64,000 bases of DNA, from the IMG/VR virus record IMGVR_UViG_3300043607_000045, positions 7,161 through 71,160 of that record. The stretch is one strand, 5' to 3'. Positions 10,601-18,918 of the stretch are shown here, one piece after another; position 1 is the stretch's first letter, and each line of letters begins with the position of its first letter. A program made the translations under genes and the position numbers. The stretch comes from a virus. The notes below the pieces were generated by a model. That model searched no databases, was not told the DNA's origin, and saw only the letters and a list, made by a program, of their open reading frames with translations.

Positions 10601-10781
10601 GCGTGAACATCCCGCCGGCGTCGCCGACTAAGGGCCGACCGGTCAGGCTCTCGACGATGCCGGCGGCCTCGGCGACAAAGGCGATAGGGGATCCGGGCGC
10701 GCCTTCGCCGGGGACGTAGCCGTTGCCCCGCTCGTGCAGCGGGCAGCCCTCACACGCCGCTGGCTTCGAGAGCTTGGGCAT
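7659..10781 (-). CDS. polA: Family A DNA polymerase with N-terminal family-4-like uracil-DNA glycosylase domain and 3'-5' exonuclease
   Basis: UDG: CEGCPL, AEAAG..E...GRPLVG, NCIRCQPP, PTYHPS; ExoI DVET; Pol motif A DFSAIE, motif B KHTVYGVLYG, motif C IHDS. Confidence 0.93.
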   Translation of the reverse strand: MPKLSKPAACEGCPLHERGNGYVPGEGAPGSPIAFVAEAAGIVESLTGRPLVGDAGGMFTRLLTLLGWKREAFRIDNCIRCQPPNDWFDERAPWYYGALAHCCYSEKETLAAGSQVVVTMGGTALKRVMHLESHKHIRIQDFHGAILREPGDRFWVVPTYHPSFLQRGATNLIGTVLWDLRQAEIARDSGKPVDPGTLIIDPPLDWFTAWVDQVVAARQQDPQAYPISSDVETPDKAGGKSEGELTTEDRSFQIIRQNVACHPDEGITVPEGEGYREQLRRLYASPGDIWMWNREYDFIRQVRGGGLLESESSKVVDLMWYAKVLQSDIPLGLGFWAPFYSTYGPWKHKAQSDPGLYGAADGMQNHRIGFGLIRDLIATGQYAIAERHTHRLHSEVLRPAQLVGVKIDRQRLEIFKQQLAEKARASMQAIQLCVPEAICPLTPKGGLVKRPLDNVLHVKATAFTRKGKPRAGRPVAEIKQELYAKARLLERITLKEVWSCTTCSAVDVPRRHRCEDLPGDDPGAGGADRPGRRDSQLVLGVASVTRWFWQEPFNPDSWQQVLAYIKARKHKPGRSKKSKGGESTDRETLIRLSRTTEDPFYRHLLDYRAVVKVKGTYVEGTARRLDSEDRLHPVPTFRPSMMRLSYVDPNITNVVADKGGPEGLAAGFRRCVVADQEIPAWAGQAPGLVGGSRLLEVDFSAIEASQTGWCARDPFLMRIARLGIHSYLISQRLKDAPDLKAPDKDIAAHLKTIKKKAGTLLYDQMKHTVYGVLYGQTPIGLQYTWPHLYPTQKSATEMVEFMFQYFPSVRIFQQVVMDTAARQHYLGGADPYSFTAPTLGVAGSVVGHPFQYKHWFWSIYAYKRLTRAQELRLLAMAQRAGQAAPITYISGIPFRLSRGPDANRAIALFPQSIAAGDLKEVELRLLADHDSPSYIGDAYYGRTPLRAPIHDSLLFEVPFRSWDRVCEKVSLEMQRPIIEQPLPAAWGLGTHLTIGVAAKAGMNWQDTEDLVGTAWNAVEDTVRPVEPEDEEDFDDLQRAV
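8942..9334 (-). CDS. Candidate overprinted ORF in the +1 frame inside the polymerase
   Basis: AGGAG 4 nt before ATG; codon bias switches to this frame over about 9150-9270; amphipathic helix LDAIVAKISQAMIQVQAGQIALADAIHSLYWAL. Confidence 0.45.
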   Translation of the reverse strand: MPRRASSNASPSRKSGAAPPAAPLTSLDAIVAKISQAMIQVQAGQIALADAIHSLYWALPQLHAGSGKSRSTRTPGSKCSPTSKPASTSPGDPKRVKAGRAPTAKPSSDSVAPPRIPSTDTSSTTEPSSK

Positions 10782-11231
10782 CTACCGCTGGAGCGCCAGG
10801 GCCAGGGTCGCCGCGGCGTAGGCGGCCGCCTCGGGATGGGTGCGGAGCCGATGCCCAGCGACGTTGAGGATCCGGATCTCGAAGGTAGCGAGCCAGCTCC
10901 GGAGGGTCTGCGACAGCGGGTTGACCAGGACCGCCTTACCGTAGTCCTCGACCGCGCGCAACGTGCAGTCTCGCCCGGGGCTCTTGTGCTCGCCGAACCA
11001 TACGGTCCCGTCTGCGATCCGCACGTTGTGCCGGGTGCGCAGCCGGTAGCCGGCGAAGGTGCACGCGGTCAGCCCGAAGTGATCCCGCAGCAGCTCGGGG
11101 TTGGGGCCGGCGTCGGTGTGGTAGCCGAGCGGCGCCATGCCGCCCGTTTTGTAGCCCAGCTCGAAGGCGACCCGCAGCGCGACCTGATCCACCCCCGTCT
11201 GGCCGCCCGAGATCACCTGCTCCAGGATCAT
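10782..11231 (-). CDS. SLOG-superfamily protein (circularly permuted YpsA / MoCo-carrier-like)
   Basis: VISGGQTGVDQVAL, RTRHNVRIADGT, ILNVAGHR motifs; ATGA coupling. Confidence 0.85.
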   Translation of the reverse strand: MILEQVISGGQTGVDQVALRVAFELGYKTGGMAPLGYHTDAGPNPELLRDHFGLTACTFAGYRLRTRHNVRIADGTVWFGEHKSPGRDCTLRAVEDYGKAVLVNPLSQTLRSWLATFEIRILNVAGHRLRTHPEAAAYAAATLALALQR

Positions 11232-11740
11232 ACGCCGGTGTCCAGATCCTGATCCGTGACGCGCGTCCGAAGGCGATCGTAGCGCTCCTGCAGCGTCTCG
11301 CCCGTGTTCGTGATCACCGCCTGGACCTTGTCGTCCCAGCACTCGATCATCTGCCAGTCCTTGGTCGCCGTGATCGGGAGGATCTCCCCGAGGTGTTCGA
11401 GGCACCACGCGGCGATCAGCTGGCGCTGGCCGGCGGCGAAGGCTTTGTCGTCGCGCGCCTGACTACTGAGCCGGTTGTTGCAGCCGACCCGCGCGGTGAA
11501 GATCCGCACGTCCTTGCCCTCCGCCAGCCAGCCCTTCACCCGCGCGACCATCGCGGGGATCGGCTTACCCGCGACCCAGACCTGTTGCGGACCCCCGTCC
11601 GGATCCCACTCCGCCAGGGTCCCGTCGAAGTCGACCGCGATCCACCGCTCGGGATGCGGGAGTACGCGATGCTGCTCGCACTGGTGATCCGCCCCACGGT
11701 CACAGCCGCAGGGTTGCGTGCTCCGGTCGTTTCTCACCAC
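11228..11740 (-). CDS. HAD-superfamily phosphatase
   Basis: IAVDFDGTL motif I, FTAR motif II, K...WDD motif IV. Confidence 0.85.
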   Translation of the reverse strand: MVRNDRSTQPCGCDRGADHQCEQHRVLPHPERWIAVDFDGTLAEWDPDGGPQQVWVAGKPIPAMVARVKGWLAEGKDVRIFTARVGCNNRLSSQARDDKAFAAGQRQLIAAWCLEHLGEILPITATKDWQMIECWDDKVQAVITNTGETLQERYDRLRTRVTDQDLDTGV

Positions 11741-12021
11741 CGCCTCCCTCCAAATCCTTCCCCTCGCCGGCTCGCCCGATTGGTGCGTGCCGCCTCGATG
11801 TTGCCCACCGCCGCCTTCTGCGCCGGGCTCACGCTATGGGTGCGCTCGACCGTGCTCTGGATCTCGCGCAGTGTGTCCTCGGCCCAGCGATACTGCTCGC
11901 TCTGGAGCAGCTCCTCGATCTCCACGCTGAACTTGTACCAGTCCTGATCCCGGGGATCAGAAGGTTTCGGACTCTGAATCGGCTGGTCGTTCAGGTGCAG
12001 TTCCTCGGGCGTCTTCCCCAT
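11734..12021 (-). CDS. Hypothetical protein
   Basis: GGAGGA SD; codon bias; overlaps both neighbours. Confidence 0.65.
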   Translation of the reverse strand: MGKTPEELHLNDQPIQSPKPSDPRDQDWYKFSVEIEELLQSEQYRWAEDTLREIQSTVERTHSVSPAQKAAVGNIEAARTNRASRRGEGFGGRRW

Positions 12022-12991
12022 CGAGTTCCTCCGTCACTTGTGCATAGCGCTTGAAGAGATCGGGCCCCAGTGCCTCGGCGATCGTCTGAGGCTGCTTGAC
12101 CTCGGTGAGGTTCATCATGCGCTGGTTCAGCTCCTCGATCGACGGGGCCGTCTCCTGGGCTTTACTCCATGCCTGCAGCGCCGGGGTCGTCGCCGACCCG
12201 TCATCTTTGGCGTCGGGCTCGCTGAACCCCCCACCGAACGGGATCACAAACCGCTCCTGGTTGACCGGCCCGCCCCACTTCTTCGCATAATACGCGCGGC
12301 TCTGGTGCTCGATCGCGCCCCGGATCCGCTCGGCCTCGGGCGCCGGCAGCAGCTTGAGGGTCTGACTCGCCAGATGCAAGTAGGGCAGGTTCACCGAGAA
12401 GATCCGGGATCCTTCCTTGGCGAGCAGCAGCCGGCGGTGGTAGTCCAGATCCTCACAGAACGCCGGGATGAAGTGCTCGTCGAACTGAAAGCGGTGATGG
12501 CAGTCGCGCGAGATTAGGAAGCAGGAGAAGTCGGGGCCCCCGCGCGCGTGGCTGAACGCCATCCACTCGGCCGTCCCCAGGGTGGTGTAGTCGCGCGTGG
12601 GATCGAACTCGGCCTCGCGCACGCCGACCGCGGTGACAAAGAGCGCGTTCTGCTGGTTGAGGACGGTGTGGAGGATCTGCACCGTGCGCGGGTGCAGTCG
12701 AACATCGTTGTTGACCACCAGCGCGACGTCGCCGCCCGAGTGCCACACCGTCTCCAGGGCGAGATTCCAGCTCGCGCTCAGACTCGGGAGTGGGGGCTGG
12801 TGGTGCCACACAAAGATCCGGGAGTCCTGCTCGGCGAGGCGCTCCAGTCGATCGCGGAAGGCGTCATCCACCCCCTGGTTGATCACCAGGATCCGGGTCG
12901 GGACCGACTGCGCTAGGAGATCAGAGATCGCGGCCTCGGTCATCGCGGGGCCGGCCAGGACGGGCATCACACACCAGATCGGATCAGTCAT
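11957..12991 (-). CDS. Glycosyltransferase, GT2/GT-A fold
   Basis: VMPV, SWNLA, VVNNDV (DxD region), FSCFLI, FDEHF...EDLDY. Confidence 0.88.
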   Translation of the reverse strand: MTDPIWCVMPVLAGPAMTEAAISDLLAQSVPTRILVINQGVDDAFRDRLERLAEQDSRIFVWHHQPPLPSLSASWNLALETVWHSGGDVALVVNNDVRLHPRTVQILHTVLNQQNALFVTAVGVREAEFDPTRDYTTLGTAEWMAFSHARGGPDFSCFLISRDCHHRFQFDEHFIPAFCEDLDYHRRLLLAKEGSRIFSVNLPYLHLASQTLKLLPAPEAERIRGAIEHQSRAYYAKKWGGPVNQERFVIPFGGGFSEPDAKDDGSATTPALQAWSKAQETAPSIEELNQRMMNLTEVKQPQTIAEALGPDLFKRYAQVTEELDGEDARGTAPERPADSESETF

Positions 12992-13040
12992 CGGTCGAGA
13001 CTCCTAGAGAAGGTGACGCGCGGAAGGAGCCGACACTCTA

Positions 13041-13349
13041 TCACGGATTCCGCTTGCCGACGACCGCGCGCAGTCCAAGAAATAATAGATCCCAGGCGCC
13101 CCGCGCGACGTTGTCGAAGTCGGGGATCTGCCCTGGCTCACTATCCACCAGGAGTGCGGCATCGTCGGTGAGCGCGAGCCGGCCTTTCTTCCAGGGCTGA
13201 TCGGTTGTGCCCGGCAGGGTCTTCGAGAAGATCGCCTCGTAGAGCGTACCGACGGATGACCCGCCGGCGTTGGCGATCCAGCCGACGCCGAGCAGGCGAT
13301 CGTGCGCGGGGCCGCGGGCGCTGACCATCTCCAAGGTGACGCGGATCAT
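13041..13349 (-). CDS. Hypothetical protein
   Basis: ATGA coupling; codon bias. Confidence 0.65.
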   Translation of the reverse strand: MIRVTLEMVSARGPAHDRLLGVGWIANAGGSSVGTLYEAIFSKTLPGTTDQPWKKGRLALTDDAALLVDSEPGQIPDFDNVARGAWDLLFLGLRAVVGKRNP

Positions 13350-13792
13350 ATAGTTACCACCGTAAATCGGTCATCCAGGATCTCCGCCAAGATCGGCTTG
13401 ACCTCGTGCCACTTCCGCTGGCCGTTGCCGCAGCCGGGTCTGGGCAGTAGCACGGATCCCCACTCCATCTTATCGGTCAGCACCACCAGCTCGATCGCGC
13501 TCTGCTTGATCAGTGCCAGATCCGCGCGCATATTCCAGTCGTGCTTCACTGGGAAGGTCACCAGCCAGGGATCCGCCCCGCTCGGCCCTCTATCCCTCAA
13601 GATCGCGACGTGGTTGCCTTCGCGCTGGAGGATCTTCCCGAGGTTGACCTGCAGGAAAGGATACTTCTCACACGCCTGCTTGGCGCAGCCGCGCCCCATC
13701 ACCGCCCGGCCGTTGCTCTTGACGGATCCGTTGGTGGTGATGCAGCGCGCGTCGGCGAGGGTCTCCCAGAGGTCGAGGAGATCTTCACGCAT
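13346..13792 (-). CDS. Macrodomain protein (ADP-ribose processing, DarG/TARG1-like)
   Basis: ITTNG...VMGRGCA, FPVKHDW, LPRPGCGNG.. W motifs. Confidence 0.85.
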   Translation of the reverse strand: MREDLLDLWETLADARCITTNGSVKSNGRAVMGRGCAKQACEKYPFLQVNLGKILQREGNHVAILRDRGPSGADPWLVTFPVKHDWNMRADLALIKQSAIELVVLTDKMEWGSVLLPRPGCGNGQRKWHEVKPILAEILDDRFTVVTI

Positions 13793-14375
13793 GGGGGATC
13801 TCCTCTCGCCAGTACCAGAACTCGTAGCCGGGGGTAACCTCCGGCCCGTAGATCAGCACACAGCAGTCCTTCGGGTAGAGCGGCGGCTGCGTATAGCAGG
13901 CCGGCGTCTTCCCGTCCTTCAGGGTCGCCGGGTCGATCGTGGTCGCCCAATCAGGGATGAAGCAGAGCCGCCCGTTGAGCAGCCAGACCTGCGCCTTGCC
14001 GTGGACCCAGTCGCCCCACCAGTCGCTCCCGACGCCGGCCGGCACCAGCAGCGCGCTCCGGGTCCCGAGCTGCGCCTCCGCCCACGCCTTCTCCACCCAG
14101 GGCTCGATCTTCTCAAACGGCATGTTGCACCAGACCACCCCGCCGATCGGCACCTCCCACTGGGGATCCAGCGGATTCCAGGGCGTCAGCAGACCGTTCT
14201 CCTCCACCGTGTAGTAGAGGTCGGCGACCGCGTTGGTGGGGTCGGCGGCCGCGTCGAGGCTGAACCCCGGGATCTGGAGCTTGTGCTTCACCGCCACCAG
14301 CAGGCGCGCCTCGGTCTGGTAGTCCTGCTTCGAGGATCCCGGCTTCTGCGCCGGCATCTTGCGACGGGGGCTCAT
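13785..14375 (-). CDS. Phage N6-adenine DNA methyltransferase (phage Dam-like family)
   Basis: FSLDAAA, NGLLTPW, VWCNMPF (NPPY/F variant), WVEKA, LLVPA, GRLCF. Confidence 0.85.
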   Translation of the reverse strand: MSPRRKMPAQKPGSSKQDYQTEARLLVAVKHKLQIPGFSLDAAADPTNAVADLYYTVEENGLLTPWNPLDPQWEVPIGGVVWCNMPFEKIEPWVEKAWAEAQLGTRSALLVPAGVGSDWWGDWVHGKAQVWLLNGRLCFIPDWATTIDPATLKDGKTPACYTQPPLYPKDCCVLIYGPEVTPGYEFWYWREEIPHA

Positions 14376-14461
14376 CGCCGAGTCACCTGGGCATAGACAC
14401 CGGCGAGGAGGAAGCACACCCCCGCCCCCACCAGCCGCGCCGCCGGCGGATCTTCACTCAC
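14372..14461 (-). CDS. Small hydrophobic peptide
   Basis: GTG start; MSEDPPARLVGAGVCFLLAGVYAQVTRR; ATGA-coupled to the MTase. Confidence 0.4.
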   Translation of the reverse strand: MSEDPPAARLVGAGVCFLLAGVYAQVTRR

Positions 14462-14630
14462 GCTCCAGATCAGGATCAGGCCGCCCAGGAGGGTCAGGCT
14501 GAGGATCACGACGTTCCGGCCCATAGGGAGTTACCTTTGAACAGACTTCGCAGTACAACCCCCCGGGCTCCCACTTGAGCAGGGAGGGATCTTTGTTCGT
14601 GCAGTGCTCACACCGGATCGGGTCGGCCAT
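14454..14630 (-). CDS. Small zinc-ribbon protein
   Basis: CEHC...CEVC. Confidence 0.55.
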   Translation of the reverse strand: MADPIRCEHCTNKDPSLLKWEPGGLYCEVCSKVTPYGPERRDPQPDPPGRPDPDLERE

Positions 14631-15861
14631 GGCTGACGATGTCGACCTCGGGCAAGGGGAAGAGGATCCGCCCACCCTGGTCCAGGTACTCGGTCTCGCG
14701 TGTGAGGAGCGCCTCGCGGAACTGCCAGATCCCCGCCAGCAGCAGGGAGGGGGGATTCTCGCGCCCCCGGATCTCGCTCACGATCGGGATCCCATTGGCC
14801 GTCCGGCCATACTTCTCGGGGTTGCGCTCCCACGCCTGGCGGATCTGGGCCGGCCCCAGCCCGCACACCTGCAGCAGCGTCAAGCCCTTGGTGCTGGCGC
14901 CGTAGAGGTCGATGCCATACGTCTGCAGGCCGTCGATCAGGCTCGCGATCTGCTTGCGCACCTCGTCCACCCGCCAGGCGAAGCTCCCGAGCGCCTGCCA
15001 GCCGATGGAGCCCAGCTCCGCCACCCGCAGCTCGTCGACGCTGCTCTGGATCGGGAAGGTGCGCCGGCGGACCACGATGCGGAGGGATCCGCCGTTGATG
15101 GCGCGCCGCTCGACGTGCGTCACCTGCAGGTCGACGCTGCAGCTCTCCAGGAACCACAGGAAGGCGCTCAGGCTCCAGTAGGTCAGGTGCTCGTGGCAGA
15201 TGTTGTCGAAGGCGGTGGTCTCGATCATCTGGGCGAGATCCTGCAGTTGGAGGATCCACACCCCGTCCGGATGGAGCACCTGATCCACCGCCCGGACGAA
15301 CTGGGTCGGGTCGTCGAGCCCGTAGAACATCGCGATCGAGGTCAGGATCTTCACCCGGCCGGCGATGTGCTGCAGCTGGGATCCGTCCCGGGGCGGGAAG
15401 TAGTCGGGGATCAGCACCTCGCAGTGGGCGGCGCAGGCGTCCTTGAGGTTCTGCGCCGGCTCGATCGCGATGCGGCCGGCCTGCCAGTGGGCCCGCTGCT
15501 TGGGGTACTGGCTGAGCAGGTAGCCGTCATTGGCGCCGACGTCGATCACGATGTCCTGGGGGTAGACGCTCACTTCCAGCAGCGCCGCGCCGACAATCGA
15601 GGTCAGCTCCTGGCGCATCGCCTCATTGATCGAGGAGCGGTACCAGTACTGCCGGTAGAGGAGATCCGGGGCGACCGTGTGGGCCAGCTGTACCAGGCTG
15701 CAGGTGTCGCAGACCCGGAGATCCAACGGCGCGCGCGGCGAGGGCGGATCCCCCGGGAGTGGGAAGCGGGGCAGGTCGAGGATCCCCAGATCCAGGACCG
15801 GCGAGAGGGGCCCGCGGCAGGTGCGGCAGAGCCGATCGGTGGCGACGATGGGGACGACCAT
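14608..15861 (-). CDS. NDP-sugar C-methyltransferase (TylCIII/EryBIII/NovU-like)
   Basis: CRTC...CDTCSLVQL Zn site, DVGANDGYLL SAM motif, FDNICHEH, NGGSLR, YGASTKG, NPEKYG. Confidence 0.92.
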   Translation of the reverse strand: MVVPIVATDRLCRTCRGPLSPVLDLGILDLPRFPLPGDPPSPRAPLDLRVCDTCSLVQLAHTVAPDLLYRQYWYRSSINEAMRQELTSIVGAALLEVSVYPQDIVIDVGANDGYLLSQYPKQRAHWQAGRIAIEPAQNLKDACAAHCEVLIPDYFPPRDGSQLQHIAGRVKILTSIAMFYGLDDPTQFVRAVDQVLHPDGVWILQLQDLAQMIETTAFDNICHEHLTYWSLSAFLWFLESCSVDLQVTHVERRAINGGSLRIVVRRRTFPIQSSVDELRVAELGSIGWQALGSFAWRVDEVRKQIASLIDGLQTYGIDLYGASTKGLTLLQVCGLGPAQIRQAWERNPEKYGRTANGIPIVSEIRGRENPPSLLLAGIWQFREALLTRETEYLDQGGRILFPLPEVDIVSHGRPDPV

Positions 15862-15865
15862 GGGG

Positions 15866-16507
15866 CTAGCTCCGTTTCTGGAGACAGAGGGAGGCGAAGG
15901 TGTAGTCGTAGACGTGTGGGCCGTGGTAGGTCCAGTCGGTGCGACCGAGCACGGCGAAGTTATGGCGGATCATCGACACCGCGAGGTCGGTCCAGGTGCG
16001 CTCGGTGAAGATCCGCTTGCGCATCCAGTGGAAGTGAAAGGGATCTGCATTCGAGAGCGGATGGGCGCCGGCCATGTCGCCGTAGTCCATGGTCAGGAAG
16101 AGCAGTCCGCCTGGCGCGACCAGACAGCTCAGATGGTAGAGGAACTGGTCGAGATCGTCGACGTGCTCCAGCACGCTCAGACAGAAGACCGCCGCCCCCA
16201 ACCGCGGGCCGCCCGTCAGAAAGTCGGCGAGCGTATCGCCGTGCAGCTCCTTGGGGTCGATGATCCGCACCTGGTAGGGATCTAGCATGTAGTAGAACGG
16301 GCTGCCGGATCCGCCGACGTCGTAGATCGGCTCCCCGACGCGCGAGGTCTCCGCCCAGAGGTTGTGGGCACGGAGGGCCAGCGCGTACTCCCACCGGCGC
16401 ATCGGGTGCTGCGTAGAGGCGCGCGCGAAGGACTCGTCGACCACCGCTAGCTCGGAGGTGAGCAGGAGGAGGTCGGCCGGGTCGAGCGTCTTGGTCAGGG
16501 GGATCAT
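15866..16507 (-). CDS. Class I SAM-dependent methyltransferase
   Basis: RRWEY, YDVGGSGS, FCLSVLEHV, VAPGGLLFLT. Confidence 0.85.
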   Translation of the reverse strand: MIPLTKTLDPADLLLLTSELAVVDESFARASTQHPMRRWEYALALRAHNLWAETSRVGEPIYDVGGSGSPFYYMLDPYQVRIIDPKELHGDTLADFLTGGPRLGAAVFCLSVLEHVDDLDQFLYHLSCLVAPGGLLFLTMDYGDMAGAHPLSNADPFHFHWMRKRIFTERTWTDLAVSMIRHNFAVLGRTDWTYHGPHVYDYTFASLCLQKRS

Positions 16508-17187
16508 AGCGGCCTCGCGACGTAGTCCCAGATGTCCTCGCGGATCCGGGTCACGTTGTAGCCCTCAGCGCTGAAGAAGCGGAGGTAGTCGTCCCAGTCG
16601 TCGCCCTGCCAGCTGCTCGCCGCCTCCTCGAACTCGAAGAGGATCAGTGGGCGATCCCGGCGGATGGTCTGGCGCAGGCCCCGCAGGGCGCGCAGATCAC
16701 AGCCTTGCGCGTCGACCTTGATCAGCGAGATGGGGCGAGTCCCCACCACCGAGTCGAGCACCACGCTCTCTAGGGCGGTCGGCTCGAAGCACCGGACATA
16801 GGCGAGCGAGGCGACATTCGGGCAGCTGTCCAAGTTCCCCGCTGGCCAGCCGAGCAGCGCATCCGGGGCCACCGTGAACCAGGCCGGCGCCCGGTCGTAG
16901 GCCACCCCCCAGATCACCTCGACGTCGCTGCCCTGCATGTTGGCCTGCAGCACGCCGGCGGTCACCGGGTGCGCCTCGACCGCGATCACCCCCACGTACT
17001 TGGACCGGAGGTAGCGGCTCAGGAAGCCGATGTTCGCGCCGACGTCGATCGCCCAGCCGGTGGGATCCCCCTCGTCCAGGAAGGGCTTGAGCTGGGCGTC
17101 CCAGAAGGCGCCCGACTCCAGCACCTGCCCGAGGTGGTCGCCCTCCCAGACGAGGAACTCGCCGAGGACGGTGGTGATCTGTCTCAT
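16504..17187 (-). CDS. FkbM-family methyltransferase 1
   Basis: IDVGANIG, AVEAHP, LIKVDAQGCD, RPLILFE. Confidence 0.9.
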   Translation of the reverse strand: MRQITTVLGEFLVWEGDHLGQVLESGAFWDAQLKPFLDEGDPTGWAIDVGANIGFLSRYLRSKYVGVIAVEAHPVTAGVLQANMQGSDVEVIWGVAYDRAPAWFTVAPDALLGWPAGNLDSCPNVASLAYVRCFEPTALESVVLDSVVGTRPISLIKVDAQGCDLRALRGLRQTIRRDRPLILFEFEEAASSWQGDDWDDYLRFFSAEGYNVTRIREDIWDYVARPL

Positions 17188-18143
17188 CGGGCCAGCTTGC
17201 GCCAGAGGGTGGCATAGCGCTGGCCGAGGGCGACCCAGCTGTCCTGCTCGGCCAGGGCGACCGTCGCCGGATGCACCCGCCCCAGGTGCAGCAGCGCGAG
17301 CTGGTTGGCGACCTCGTAGAAGCTCTCACACCAGTAGATGGCGCTGTATCCGAGGGGATCCTCGTGGAGCGCGCGCATCTGCCGGCAGCTGGAGAAGGCG
17401 ATGACCGGCTTGCGCGCCGCGATCCCCTGCAGGATGGCGCCGCTCTGCCCGGTGTTCGCACAGGTGTAACAGAAGGCGGTGGCGTCGCACCCACCGAGCC
17501 AGGCGACCACCTGCGATCGTGGCGTGAAGGCGCGCTCGACCAGCAGGCGAGGATTGATCGCCTCCCACCGCATGATGTCGCCGGCGGTCGCCCCGGGCGC
17601 GAGCAGGAGCAGCGCCCAGCCGGCCTCTCGCGTCACCCGGGCTAGCTCGTCGTAGTTCTTCCAGGGGAAGGGGAAGCCGACCGTCCCGAGGATCGGCCGG
17701 CCGTTGCTCCACGCTTGGGGATCCTGGTCGAACTCGAAGGCGCCGGTCCACGCGGGGATACCCATCCGCCAGTAGTGCACCCGCAGCCCGTCGAGGTCGT
17801 CGAACGGCTCGTGCACCACCGCCGCGTCGGCCTGATTGGTGATCCGCTTGCACTGATCCGAGTTAGGGACCCCCGTATCGTGGTAGGTCACCCCGACGGG
17901 GATGTCCACGTCTTGCCAGGCGGCGATCGCCTCGGGCGTCCACTGCGAGTGCAGCGCCGCCTGGTAGTTGAGCCAAATGAGATCGACCGGGCGGGCTAAG
18001 CGGTGCACGCCCTGGGGGTGGAGATCCATCACCACCTCGATCGCGATGGAGGGATCCGCCTGCTCGACCGCCGCCTTGAGATAGGCGGAGTGCTCGGCGA
18101 TGCCGCAGGCGGTCCCCCAGGTGCTCACGAGCGCGACTCTCAC
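17184..18143 (-). CDS. Glycosyltransferase, GT-B (GT4-like)
   Basis: GTGA-coupled start VRVALVSTWGTACGIAEHS; GF..WKN; QSGAILQGIAARKPVI. Confidence 0.82.
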   Translation of the reverse strand: MRVALVSTWGTACGIAEHSAYLKAAVEQADPSIAIEVVMDLHPQGVHRLARPVDLIWLNYQAALHSQWTPEAIAAWQDVDIPVGVTYHDTGVPNSDQCKRITNQADAAVVHEPFDDLDGLRVHYWRMGIPAWTGAFEFDQDPQAWSNGRPILGTVGFPFPWKNYDELARVTREAGWALLLLAPGATAGDIMRWEAINPRLLVERAFTPRSQVVAWLGGCDATAFCYTCANTGQSGAILQGIAARKPVIAFSSCRQMRALHEDPLGYSAIYWCESFYEVANQLALLHLGRVHPATVALAEQDSWVALGQRYATLWRKLAR

Positions 18144-18532
18144 GCCGGCACCACCGCCACGACGCGCGAGGGCTTGAACAGGCGGCGGGCGGCTCGACGC
18201 GCCCCCTGCCGGCTGGCGTAGCTGACGCTCCAATCGTTCTTGGCCGCGTCGATCGGCTGGAACCGCACCCGCCCGGTCGTGGTCCGGCCGTAGCGGATCT
18301 TCTGGACCGCCTTCACGAGGCGCTTCGCCCCGCCCGGCCGGCGGTCGAGCGCCTTCTTCACCGCCCGGGTGATCCGCGCGACCTTCGCCTTCGCCCGCCG
18401 CTGGGTCCGACTCGGCGGCCGCCGACGCTTGTGCTGCCGGGCCGGCGGTCGGGATCCCCGCTGCTGTGCCGAGGTCCGCAGCCCGCGGCCGCTCAGCGCC
18501 TTCTTCTTCTTCGCCTTGACCTTCTTCGCCAT
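18140..18532 (-). CDS. Very basic Lys/Arg-rich histone/protamine-like protein
   Basis: MAKKVKAKKKKALS...; only two acidic residues in 130 aa; coupled on both sides. Confidence 0.7.
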   Translation of the reverse strand: MAKKVKAKKKKALSGRGLRTSAQQRGSRPPARQHKRRRPPSRTQRRAKAKVARITRAVKKALDRRPGGAKRLVKAVQKIRYGRTTTGRVRFQPIDAAKNDWSVSYASRQGARRAARRLFKPSRVVAVVPA

Positions 18533-18918
18533 CAGCCCTTCTCCTTGGAGTCGCCGTCGCCGGCGTCCTTGTTGATCTGCTGCACGAGCCCCGCCCGCCG
18601 ATCGTTGAGTGCCTGCAGCCGGAAGGCGAGGATCCGGATCGCCTCCAGGTCGGGCATTGTATACACATGATCCGGGGATCTCCAAGCCCGGAGATCATCC
18701 TCGGCGTGCCAGATCAGGGCGTTGATCGCTCCCAGCTCCAGGATCGCGTCGAACCAGGCGCCGTTAAGGGTCCGGCTGTGGATCTTCTGGAGGAGGGCGG
18801 CACGCTCGGCCTCGAAGTGGGCGACGTCGGATCCGCGCTCGGATCCCACGGTGATCTTCAGCGCCAGGATGGTCAGCCGGTCGGAGATCTCGCCGGCGCC
18901 GAGGTTGACGAGCTTCAC
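18532..18918 (-). CDS. DUF6165-like helical protein
   Basis: GEISDRLTILALK...INALIWHAEDDLR...LNDRRA..IN pattern, recalled for this family, which often lies near glycosyltransferases. Confidence 0.7.
   Translation of the reverse strand: MKLVNLGAGEISDRLTILALKITVGSERGSDVAHFEAERAALLQKIHSRTLNGAWFDAILELGAINALIWHAEDDLRAWRSPDHVYTMPDLEAIRILAFRLQALNDRRAGLVQQINKDAGDGDSKEKG

Noticed and set aside
17184-18698. 504 aa version of the GT4-like ORF, and similarly extended ORFs 7189-8655, 31176-32717 and 24415-25449
   Set aside because: The extensions overlap better-supported genes in other frames; coupled internal starts were used instead
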